From NCBI GenBank assembly GCA_964423845.1, contig CAYRGU010000130.1, forward strand, positions 1 through 41,915: a DNA stretch of 41,915 nt. Direction: 5' to 3'. The notes beneath the pieces were generated by a model. It saw only the letters and a program-made list of their open reading frames with translations, had not been told where the DNA came from and ran no database searches. How positions within the stretch are numbered: position 1 is the first letter of the stretch; every line of letters begins with the position of its first letter. Positions 28,601 to 36,353 of the stretch are shown here, in pieces. Position numbers and translations under genes: made by a program. This DNA comes from an uncultured Nitrospirota bacterium. Its GTDB lineage: Bacteria; Nitrospirota; Nitrospiria; SBBL01; SBBT01.

Positions 28601-29680
28601 GTGATGATGACCAAAAAAGGATGTGTTGGATTGATGGCCGGTATTTTGTTGCTCCTGTGGGGCCCCGATTGGAGTAGGGCCGCAGAGCTGGGGACTCTTT
28701 ATCGCGGGATTCGCCCTCTTGGGATGGGGGGGGCGTTTATGACCCTGTCGGATGACGACAATGCCCTCTTTTATAACCCGGCAGGTCTAAATCGCATTGA
28801 TGGTTTTGGAGCGGTGGCCCTGGCCAATCCACTTGTGGAGGCCTCCTCAAATACCCTTTCGCTTCTTCAGGATGTGCAGGACTTAAAAGGTGAGTCTACA
28901 GCACAGATTACAAGTTTTCTGACGACGAATATCGGAAAGCTGCAACATGTCCGAGTTGCGGTTTTCCCCAGCCTGACCACGCATAATTTTGGGATTGGGG
29001 TCTTGGGACAGGGGACGGCGGATATTCTTATTGAGAATCCCGCTTTCCCCAGCGTGGCGACCGATGTCAAGCTGGACGTTGGTGGCGTGATTGGTTTTGC
29101 GCATGACTTTATGGACGAGCGGCTCCAGGTGGGTGTCACGGGCAAGTTCGTCCAGCGGAAAGGTCAGATTCGAACCTTTACTGTCGCGGATATTGCCGCA
29201 ACGACGACCGATTTCTTTAAAGATAAAACAGCGGAGGATTGGGCGCTCGATATCGGCGCGCAATGGAATTCGCACCTTTTCTTAAGCCCGACCTTTGCGG
29301 TGGTGGTTCAGAATATTACGGACCTTGATTTCAGCGCGCAGGGCCTCGGAATTCTCCCACAGCAGATCAATATCGGCGCCGCGATCAATCCAAAGTTTTG
29401 GATTTTAGAGACGACTCTGGCGATAGAAATTGATGATGTGACGAAAGAGGTGGGAACCGATTCAGACCTCTATAAACGGACCCATCTGGGGGCGGAGGTT
29501 CGTTTTCCAAAAATTTTAACCCTGCGCGCGGGGGTGAACCAAGGGTATCTCACTGCGGGGTTAGATCTTGATTTCTGGCTTTTGAAGTTTGGGTATGCCA
29601 ATTATGCCGAGGAGCTCGGCACGTTTTCCGGCCAGTTGGTTGATCGCCGCCACGTCGCGCAAATCACCATCGGTTTCTGA
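28601..29680 (+). CDS. Outer-membrane beta-barrel protein (PorV/TraF_2-like N-terminal motif)
   Basis: 359 aa with signal peptide ...WSRAAE. It has the LGMGGAFMTLSDDDNALFYNPAGL motif, alternating hydrophobic beta-strand periodicity, and a C-terminal ...AQITIGF with a terminal Phe. It starts 24 nt after the lipoprotein gene. Confidence 0.65.
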   Translation: MMMTKKGCVGLMAGILLLLWGPDWSRAAELGTLYRGIRPLGMGGAFMTLSDDDNALFYNPAGLNRIDGFGAVALANPLVEASSNTLSLLQDVQDLKGESTAQITSFLTTNIGKLQHVRVAVFPSLTTHNFGIGVLGQGTADILIENPAFPSVATDVKLDVGGVIGFAHDFMDERLQVGVTGKFVQRKGQIRTFTVADIAATTTDFFKDKTAEDWALDIGAQWNSHLFLSPTFAVVVQNITDLDFSAQGLGILPQQINIGAAINPKFWILETTLAIEIDDVTKEVGTDSDLYKRTHLGAEVRFPKILTLRAGVNQGYLTAGLDLDFWLLKFGYANYAEELGTFSGQLVDRRHVAQITIGF

Positions 29681-29733
29681 TCGGCCTGTTTTCTATTTTT
29701 GGAATAGCAACCTGCTAAAACCCCTGCCGAAAT

Positions 29734-29758
29734 CGCGGACCGTGTGGTCTTGTCCGCG
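29734..29758. terminator. Hairpin in the convergent gap between the beta-barrel gene (+) and the phosphodiesterase gene (-); possible bidirectional terminator
   Basis: CGCGGAC (29734-29740) pairs with GTCCGCG (29752-29758), with an 11-nt loop. The flanking T/A tracts are weak. Confidence 0.3.
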
Positions 29759-29768
29759 TGTTACCCTG

Positions 29769-30557
29769 TTAGAATTCAAAAGATTGGTTCCCATCTAAAA
29801 GTTTTGCCGCCTTGATCTCTTTGAGTTCATTTGCAATTTCTTGCAGATGAAAAGACTTGATGTGATAGGGATGGAAGGGGATTTCCGGATGGTTCAATTT
29901 TTTGAATTCCTGGCCGGCAAGCCGGGGTGTAAGATGGCCTGAATCACGAGCGAGTTTCTCGAGTCGGTTTGGAAACGAGGTTTCAATGAAGGCGGCTTTT
30001 AGATTGGGGTCGACTTGAGCCACCTTCCAGATTTGATCGGTCTTTCCGGTGTCGCCGCTGATGACAATAGAAGCGTGATCCTCTTTGAGAATAAAGCCGA
30101 TTGCCGGCACCGCGTGATTGACCCGAATGGCGGTGAACCTCATTTTTTCTAAAATGAACGCTTGATCCGCTTTGATGGTTTGATAACGAAAGATTCCATT
30201 CTCTTTCGTCGGCAGGCGGGTGAAATCGGGTGAGATCTGGTCGTTGAAGAAATGTTTTTTGAGCGGGTTGATAATCTCCTTGATGCTAAGAATCGTAATG
30301 GGGGAGTGAATCTTTCCAAACAGCGCCTCCGCGACGTACGGAAGGCTCTGGATATGGTCCAGATGGATATGGGTGAGCAGAATATATCGCAGTTTCATCA
30401 GGGCCGTGAGGGGGAGCGTCTCAAAGAGCGGTCCGGCATCGATGGCCACCGTCTCGTTAATCAGAAATGAGGCCCAGAGGGAGGAGAGGCTACAGGAGTG
30501 GGGGGCTTTTCCCTTTGGGTTTCCCCTGTCGGGTCCCCCCAGAACTTGAACTTTCAA
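29769..30557 (-). CDS. Metallo-beta-lactamase-fold hydrolase resembling class II 3',5'-cyclic-nucleotide phosphodiesterase
   Basis: 262 aa. LLTHIHLDHIQS matches the HxHLDH core of class II cAMP phosphodiesterases. Later VNHAVPAIG, SGDTG and SGHLTP blocks fit that family. It has a TTG start overlapping the cyclase TGA (TTGA at 30554-30557). Confidence 0.65.
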   Translation of the reverse strand: MKVQVLGGPDRGNPKGKAPHSCSLSSLWASFLINETVAIDAGPLFETLPLTALMKLRYILLTHIHLDHIQSLPYVAEALFGKIHSPITILSIKEIINPLKKHFFNDQISPDFTRLPTKENGIFRYQTIKADQAFILEKMRFTAIRVNHAVPAIGFILKEDHASIVISGDTGKTDQIWKVAQVDPNLKAAFIETSFPNRLEKLARDSGHLTPRLAGQEFKKLNHPEIPFHPYHIKSFHLQEIANELKEIKAAKLLDGNQSFEF

Positions 30558-32674
30558 GACAGATGCCCCTCCATTTTTTTAGAAACGGCGTGAACGGGAA
30601 CCATTTTATGGGCCCCGTTTGTTTTTTCTTCCTCGCGTGGAATGCTGATCACACTGTAGATGGCCACACTCTGATCCCGCCCTTTGACCTTCACCTCATC
30701 GAGTCTTTCCACGGTGACGCGGCCCAGTTTCCGTCTGTTGGGGGGCAGGAGAGGCGGGGCGCCGCCTGCGGAAGGCCCTTCGATGAGATCTTTCACCTGA
30801 TGATAGGTGTCTTCGGTAATAATCAGGGGAACCTCATATTTTCGGGTGAGTGACTCGACGCGCGCCGCCAGATTAACCGGATCGCCGATGACCGTATAGT
30901 CCATTTTCTTCCCTTCAGCGCCCATATTCCCCACGATCACCATTCCCGTGTTGATGCCCACGCCGATATCCAGGGGTTCCCGCTCTCGCGCCTTCCATTG
31001 CATCTGGAGCTCTCCCAGGCGCTTTCGCATGTCCAGGGCGCACCGGATGGCCCGCTCCGCATGGTCTTCCTGCGCCAGGGGCGCGCCCCAGAAAACCATG
31101 ATGGCATCCCCCACAAATTTGTCAAGGGTCCCCTCCCAGCGGAACACCACATGCGTCATGGTGCCAAGATACTCGTTGAGTTGTTCAACGACGACGGCCG
31201 GGGGATTCCGTTCACAAAAGGAGGTAAATCCACGGATGTCTGAAAAGAGAATCGTGACCTCTCGACGAATGCCCCCAAGCTTGGCCAACTCCGGATTTTT
31301 GATCATCTCTTCGACGATACGGGGGGAGACATAGCTTGAGAACATCGCGCGGATTTTTTTTGCCTTTTTCTCTTCGGCAAAGTATTGATAGACGCTGTAA
31401 CTCCCAAAGGTCCCGATAATGGAGAGGCCAGGGTAAAACATATAGACCCACAGCCCCATTTTAATGAAGAGAATGACCGTGAGACCGATGTGCGCCATCA
31501 ACAGGAGGGAGGCGAGCGCCATGCCACCAAACGCCTGAAGATGGGGGAGAGACCGCCATAAAATGAGGTTAAACAGGAGGATGACGGCAATGTCAATGGC
31601 TTTCATCCCCTCCGTCCGATAGAGGAACCGCTGCGAGAGGATCTGATCGATGATATTGGCATTTTTTTCCACCCCCTGCATGCTGTTGGAGAAGGGGGTA
31701 ATTTTCACGTCAGCGGTGGCCAGCGCACTCGCGCCGATTAAAACAACCTTTTCCTGAAAGAGGGTGGGGGAAATCCGTCCCTTCAGGAGATCCGTTGCAG
31801 AATAGGTGGGAAAGGTCCCCTCCCGGCCATGATAGTTGATCAACATCTGTCCCCACTCATCTGTGGGAATGAGGGTCTTTCCCAGGCGCACCCCATCCCC
31901 AAGACGGAGCTCCATTTCCATTTCATTTAACCCCAGGTAGATCCGCGCGGTTTGAATCGACATGGGGGGGTAGTAATTGTCCTGATATTTTATCCATAAA
32001 ATTTCCCGCCGGAGGACGCCGTCGCGATCGGGAAGAATGTAGACATGGCCGAGGGCCAATGCCTCTGTGGTGAACGGCTTTAAAGGGGGCAAGACGCCGA
32101 TGGCCTGGATCACGGCATCCCGCTGATTCATCCGTTTGATCCGGGCGTACGGGAAGTTATCCAGATAATCAGGCATCTCCCCGAGTAATCGCTTTATTTT
32201 TTCCTGATAACTTGCGGGGACGTCGAAGGCGACCGGAAGAACGACATTCCCCGCCTCACGAATCGCGATCTTCAGGGCCTCCTCTCCCGCTGAAATTTCT
32301 TCTGGGAGGGCTTCCTTTCCTGACGTCGTCTCTTTCTCGGAGAAGAGGATATCCATGGCAATGACCTTGGGCCGTCCGCTTGCCACCTGATTGAGAAGGC
32401 TCGCCATCTTCTCACGGGGCCAGGGCCAGCGCCCCAATTCCTGGACGCTTTTCTCGTCAATGGTGACAATGACAACCTTCCCGTCCGGCGTTGTTTGTCC
32501 CCTGACCCAGAACCGAAAATCAAGGGTTTTCTGTTCCCAGATTTCAAGAAAACCGGGGTCAATGACTGTGAGCAGGATGAAAAGCAGGGTGACGATTGGA
32601 ATTACCGCCTGGCCGACCTGTTTAATCTGCGCTTCGGACCAGCTTGTGAAGGAGGTGGGGATCAGTTTTTTCAT
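30554..32674 (-). CDS. CHASE2 sensor domain + class III adenylate/guanylate cyclase
   Basis: 706 aa. CHASE2 block: VIVTIDEKSVQELGRWPWPREKMA...AMDILFSE. Then about 3-4 TM segments. Cyclase core: VTILFSDIRGFTSF...GTLDKFVGDAIMVFWGAP...IGVGINTGMVIVGNMG...DYTVIGDPVNLAARVE. Confidence 0.9.
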   Translation of the reverse strand: MKKLIPTSFTSWSEAQIKQVGQAVIPIVTLLFILLTVIDPGFLEIWEQKTLDFRFWVRGQTTPDGKVVIVTIDEKSVQELGRWPWPREKMASLLNQVASGRPKVIAMDILFSEKETTSGKEALPEEISAGEEALKIAIREAGNVVLPVAFDVPASYQEKIKRLLGEMPDYLDNFPYARIKRMNQRDAVIQAIGVLPPLKPFTTEALALGHVYILPDRDGVLRREILWIKYQDNYYPPMSIQTARIYLGLNEMEMELRLGDGVRLGKTLIPTDEWGQMLINYHGREGTFPTYSATDLLKGRISPTLFQEKVVLIGASALATADVKITPFSNSMQGVEKNANIIDQILSQRFLYRTEGMKAIDIAVILLFNLILWRSLPHLQAFGGMALASLLLMAHIGLTVILFIKMGLWVYMFYPGLSIIGTFGSYSVYQYFAEEKKAKKIRAMFSSYVSPRIVEEMIKNPELAKLGGIRREVTILFSDIRGFTSFCERNPPAVVVEQLNEYLGTMTHVVFRWEGTLDKFVGDAIMVFWGAPLAQEDHAERAIRCALDMRKRLGELQMQWKAREREPLDIGVGINTGMVIVGNMGAEGKKMDYTVIGDPVNLAARVESLTRKYEVPLIITEDTYHQVKDLIEGPSAGGAPPLLPPNRRKLGRVTVERLDEVKVKGRDQSVAIYSVISIPREEEKTNGAHKMVPVHAVSKKMEGHLS

Positions 32675-32715
32675 CTCTGTCCGGGGATCAGGGATTGATG
32701 AAACATCGGGCCTCG

Positions 32716-33834
32716 CTATGGAATGGGAACCACAATCTGCGTGCGTGTTTTATCGGGACGCGGTTCTTGCTGGAGGGGGGGGATCACGGGAATTGCGGTC
32801 TCCATCGGAGGGAGCCCTTCCGTCTGAAACTCGCTCAACACGGGGTATTCAAGGGCCGGTGCCTGGGAGACGTTCCCACTGGTTTCTGTCCTGGCCTCAC
32901 CCGGCGCGGCAGCTTGAGATGCCGGTTCCTGGGCCTGGGAGACGTTCCCACTGGTTTCTGTCATGGCCTCGCCCGACACGGCAGATTGCGGGGCCGGTTC
33001 CTGGGAGACGTTACCACTGGTTTCTGTCCTGTCCTCGCCCGACATGGCAGCTTGCGGGGCTGGTTTACTGACCCCGCTATCAGGGGGCGCTGTTTTGGCC
33101 CCAGATTTTACCTCGGACGCCGGAGTCGGTGGCGTGTCTATCCGAGGCGTCTCGGTGGGGGTCCTCCCCGCAGAGACGGTTGTGGATTCAACACGCTCCG
33201 CCACTTCCGTGGCGGCCATCAGTTCCGCACGAAGTTCCGCTGGCGCCACTGCCGGCGGCGAAGGGGGAATCTCGCTCCCAACGAGGGTATAGGTATTCGG
33301 TGTCAGGAGGACCGATTCTCCGGGCGTTTCATGGCTGCTTTTGACTTCCACGGACCCTTCCAGGCCCAAAACACCTGTGGCGGGCACGCCATTGACCTCG
33401 GTATTCCAGACAATAAAATAGGTGCCTCGCGCTGCGGCCACTGCTGTGGGGGTGTGAATTTCAAAGCGGGAGTTGCTTCCCGTGAAAAGTTTGCCCACAA
33501 GAACGCGAACGACGCCATTGCTCATTTCAATGAGGGTGCTTCGGCGGTTATTTTCAGGGTCATAAATGCTCTCCGTGATTTTAATCCGCGACCTTTCGCC
33601 CAAGCTCAAGATACTGTCATCTTCAAAGAGAAGTTTCAGTTTGGATTGAACGCCCGTCTTATAGGTATCCAAGAATAAGACGGCGTCCCCCCCTTTTGCG
33701 GTGATTATTTCGCTCTGATTGTCGTGGATGACATGGCCTTCGCGTTGCACGGCCGCGACCGATCCAATCAGCGTTTCGCACCATCCTATCGTGGGGAGGA
33801 GAAGGGCCATCAATAAAGTTAGGGGGATTTTCAT
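32716..33834 (-). CDS. Secreted FecR-domain protein with a Pro/Thr/Ser/Glu-rich repetitive C-terminal tail
   Basis: 372 aa with signal peptide MKIPLTLLMALLLPTIGW. The FecR-like beta-rich region is GSVAAVQREGHVI...GDAVLFLDTYKTGVQSKLKLLFEDDSILSLGERSRIKI. The tail contains three 22-24-aa repeats. Confidence 0.8.
   Translation of the reverse strand: MKIPLTLLMALLLPTIGWCETLIGSVAAVQREGHVIHDNQSEIITAKGGDAVLFLDTYKTGVQSKLKLLFEDDSILSLGERSRIKITESIYDPENNRRSTLIEMSNGVVRVLVGKLFTGSNSRFEIHTPTAVAAARGTYFIVWNTEVNGVPATGVLGLEGSVEVKSSHETPGESVLLTPNTYTLVGSEIPPSPPAVAPAELRAELMAATEVAERVESTTVSAGRTPTETPRIDTPPTPASEVKSGAKTAPPDSGVSKPAPQAAMSGEDRTETSGNVSQEPAPQSAVSGEAMTETSGNVSQAQEPASQAAAPGEARTETSGNVSQAPALEYPVLSEFQTEGLPPMETAIPVIPPLQQEPRPDKTRTQIVVPIP
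32855..33065 (-). repeat. Three tandem 66-72-bp coding repeats in the FecR-domain gene
   Basis: CTGGGAGACGTT(C/A)CCACTGGTTTCTGTC recurs at 32863, 32935 and 33001 (periods of 72 and 66 nt). It encodes ...(E/A)xTETSGNVSQ(E/A)(P/Q)... three times. Confidence 0.8.
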
Positions 33835-35367
33835 TTAAAACCTCCTCGACAGGTTAACGCCATAGACGCTACGTTGATACGAATAGGGGGAGATATTGGA
33901 CGGGTTGTCCGTTCGAACCATCTGCAACGAGAGGGTCACCTCTTTAGAGTACGCATAGACCAGGTTCACCTGAACGGTCGTGGTGTCGTCACGCCGCTTC
34001 TCTTTCGGTGTGGCGGTGGAAAGCGTGCTGGGATGTCGATATCGCTTCCCTTGATAATCGGCATCCAGGTCCACTCTTATCCACGGGAGCTGATAGCCGC
34101 CGCCCACCCCAAGGCGGTGCCCCTGATAGTCTAATTGATTGTCGTTCGCGGCATCAAGATCAAAAGTATATTTGAGTCGGAGGGCCCCCTTGCGCTTTGC
34201 GAAATAAAGGCTTTTCGCCCCGCTTAAGGCCTGGTTGACGCCGTCTCGATCGGAGGTGGCCGAGGCGTTCTCCGCGAAGTCTTTCTGCTGGAATTGATAG
34301 GAAAACAGTCTTCCCATGGCAGGTTGTAAGAGGGCGATCCGAACCGTCTGGTTGTTGAGATACGCCTTGCCATCCAGGGTGATGAAGTCGAAGCGATAGT
34401 CCCCTCGCAGTTGGGTTTGGTTTTTCTCATAAACCAGGTAAAGAAAAGGTTGATGGCTGGTGGTGTTAAATCTGTCCAGCGTCTGATGCAGGCTCTGATA
34501 AAGCGTGTAGCCCCCTCCCCCTCCCCAGGGGAGCGGTTTGCGGTAGGGGATGAGGCTGTTAAAAAAGAGGACGATTCGACCATCCTGCTTCTTGCTGGGC
34601 GGCGTTGAAAGGGGAAGATCCGTAGGCTCCAGAATGACGTTGTCGTCGTATTGATAACCGATACTCAAACCCATCTGCCAGTCGGAGATGCTCTCCATCC
34701 GCGCGATCCGGGTGAGATACTCTTTTGAGGATCGTCCGATCTCTGAATCGGGGGCCTGTTCCAGGACTGCCAGAAATTCATCCTTGGCCTCCGCGATGAT
34801 TTTTTGCTGGAAAAAGGCGATCCCGGCATGATACCGCGAGACTGGAATTAAGTCGGGGTGATCCAGCGTCGCCATCGCGGCGGCTCGAAGGAAGCGGGGC
34901 GCGGCGCGCTCCGGCTGGCCCATCTCTTGATAAACCTTCCCCTGGTAGAAATAGATCAGGGGGTTCTTCGCGCCGGCGCGCTCTCCCTCGGCGAGCATGT
35001 CGAGGGCGTCCTGATATTTTTTTTGTTGATGATAGACGATACCCAGATCAAGGTATGCGTCAAGGGGGAGGGGAGAGAGCGTCAGCGCAAAGCGTAAATC
35101 CTCCTCCGCCTCCAGGAATTTCCCTTGTTTTCCCTCCACCACGCCAAGGAGATGAATGGCTCGGGCATCCTGGGGATGGGCGTTGAGGGCGGCCCGGAAT
35201 GATAATTCTGCTTCGGCATATCGCTTTTGATTTACGAGGGCGATGCCGCGGGTCATTTTAAGATCATATTCCTCGTGGTCCAGAATTTGCGCAAAGACAC
35301 AAGGCGTTTCAAACAGCATGAAAGCAAAGAGAAGCATTAAAAGGGGGAGGTGGACGGGCGGTTTCAC
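33835..35367 (-). CDS. TPR-repeat + C-terminal beta-barrel outer-membrane protein (Slam/DUF560-like or BcsC/PgaA-like architecture)
   Basis: The N-terminal half has TPR-like repeats (AEAELSFRAALNAHPQDARAIHLLGVV..., YQDALDMLAEG..., YFYQGKVYQEMGQPERA). The C-terminal about 280 aa have alternating beta-strand periodicity and end in ...YGVNLSRRF. I prefer the GTG at 35367 (VKPPVHLPLLMLLFAFMLFETPCVFAQ signal peptide), which overlaps the glk TGA as GTGA. The track ORF extends to 35460. Confidence 0.7.
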   Translation of the reverse strand: MKPPVHLPLLMLLFAFMLFETPCVFAQILDHEEYDLKMTRGIALVNQKRYAEAELSFRAALNAHPQDARAIHLLGVVEGKQGKFLEAEEDLRFALTLSPLPLDAYLDLGIVYHQQKKYQDALDMLAEGERAGAKNPLIYFYQGKVYQEMGQPERAAPRFLRAAAMATLDHPDLIPVSRYHAGIAFFQQKIIAEAKDEFLAVLEQAPDSEIGRSSKEYLTRIARMESISDWQMGLSIGYQYDDNVILEPTDLPLSTPPSKKQDGRIVLFFNSLIPYRKPLPWGGGGGYTLYQSLHQTLDRFNTTSHQPFLYLVYEKNQTQLRGDYRFDFITLDGKAYLNNQTVRIALLQPAMGRLFSYQFQQKDFAENASATSDRDGVNQALSGAKSLYFAKRKGALRLKYTFDLDAANDNQLDYQGHRLGVGGGYQLPWIRVDLDADYQGKRYRHPSTLSTATPKEKRRDDTTTVQVNLVYAYSKEVTLSLQMVRTDNPSNISPYSYQRSVYGVNLSRRF

Positions 35368-36353
35368 GCGGTCTCTACAGTATCCATGGCGTAGTGGACG
35401 GCGCCGATTAAAGGCGTCTCGGGGGCGAGAATGACGTGAACCGGAATGCGATTTAACCACTCCTGAAACCGCCCCTTGCTTAAAAAGGCGTTCATGAAAT
35501 GCCCCGCCTGTAGCACGGAGAGGATCTTGGGGGCAATCCCTCCGCCGACAAAGATCCCTCCGGTTGCCCCGACCTTGAGGGCAAAATTACCGGCCTCTGC
35601 GCCATAAATGGAAGCGAACAGCCGAATTGATTCCTGGCACAGGGGGTGGCCTTCCTCGCGCGCGACTGCGGTAATGCCCTCCGCAGGGTCGCCGAGGGCC
35701 AGACGCTCCCCCAGCCAGGGCGGCTCGTCCGCGAAACCGGTCTCTTTGAGAAACCGGTAGAGATTAACCAACCCCGCCCCGGAAAGAATCCGTTCGATGC
35801 TGACATGTCCCCACAGAGGGCTTAGAAACTGGAGTAATTTTATTTCCTGATCCGACCGGGGCGCAAAATCGGTATGTCCCCCTTCCGTGGCGATCGGGAG
35901 ATAGCGGTTTCCCGTCCAGCAGAGAAACGCTTCTCCGAGGCCGGTTCCTGCCGCAAGCGTGCCGATGGGGCCATTGGGGTCCGGGAGCCCTGAATTTAGT
36001 GTGACCCTTTGCCGACCGGTCAGAAAGCGTGTGCCATAGGCGATCGCCTGCACATCGTTGAGAAGGAGGACACGAGGAATGTGAAGCAGGGTTTCAAGAG
36101 CGGCCGCGTCAATGTCCCAGGAGAGGTTTGTCATCTGGCACCTCTGATTTTGAATGGGACCTGCGACGGCGAATACGCCGGTTGTCACAGAAGGCGCACC
36201 TTCCAGAAATTGCGTCAGAATCGCCTCGAAGTTTACGAACGATTGATTCAGGTAAACCGCCTCCTTAACCGGAGTCAGCGTTCCAGAACCCGTTTTTGAA
36301 AAAAGAGCGAGCGCGGTTTTGGTCCCGCCGATATCGCCTGTCAGGAGGATCAT
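35364..36353 (-). CDS. glk: Glucokinase
   Basis: MILLTGDIGGTKTALALF (ROK/Glk N-terminal ATP motif), GLGEAFL and GGIFVGGGIAPKIL. The ATG at 36353 overlaps the pgl TGA (ATGA). The track ORF extends to 36434. Confidence 0.88.
   Translation of the reverse strand: MILLTGDIGGTKTALALFSKTGSGTLTPVKEAVYLNQSFVNFEAILTQFLEGAPSVTTGVFAVAGPIQNQRCQMTNLSWDIDAAALETLLHIPRVLLLNDVQAIAYGTRFLTGRQRVTLNSGLPDPNGPIGTLAAGTGLGEAFLCWTGNRYLPIATEGGHTDFAPRSDQEIKLLQFLSPLWGHVSIERILSGAGLVNLYRFLKETGFADEPPWLGERLALGDPAEGITAVAREEGHPLCQESIRLFASIYGAEAGNFALKVGATGGIFVGGGIAPKILSVLQAGHFMNAFLSKGRFQEWLNRIPVHVILAPETPLIGAVHYAMDTVETA

Noticed and set aside
35368-35460. N-terminal extensions of track ORFs into upstream genes: TPR/barrel to 35460, glk to 36434, gnd to 39800, trpF from 23603, trpB from 24372, trpG from 21407.
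   Set aside because: In each case an internal ATG or GTG gives the canonical family N-terminus and forms an ATGA/GTGA overlap with the preceding stop. The extensions are Arg/Pro-rich read-through of the neighbouring gene.
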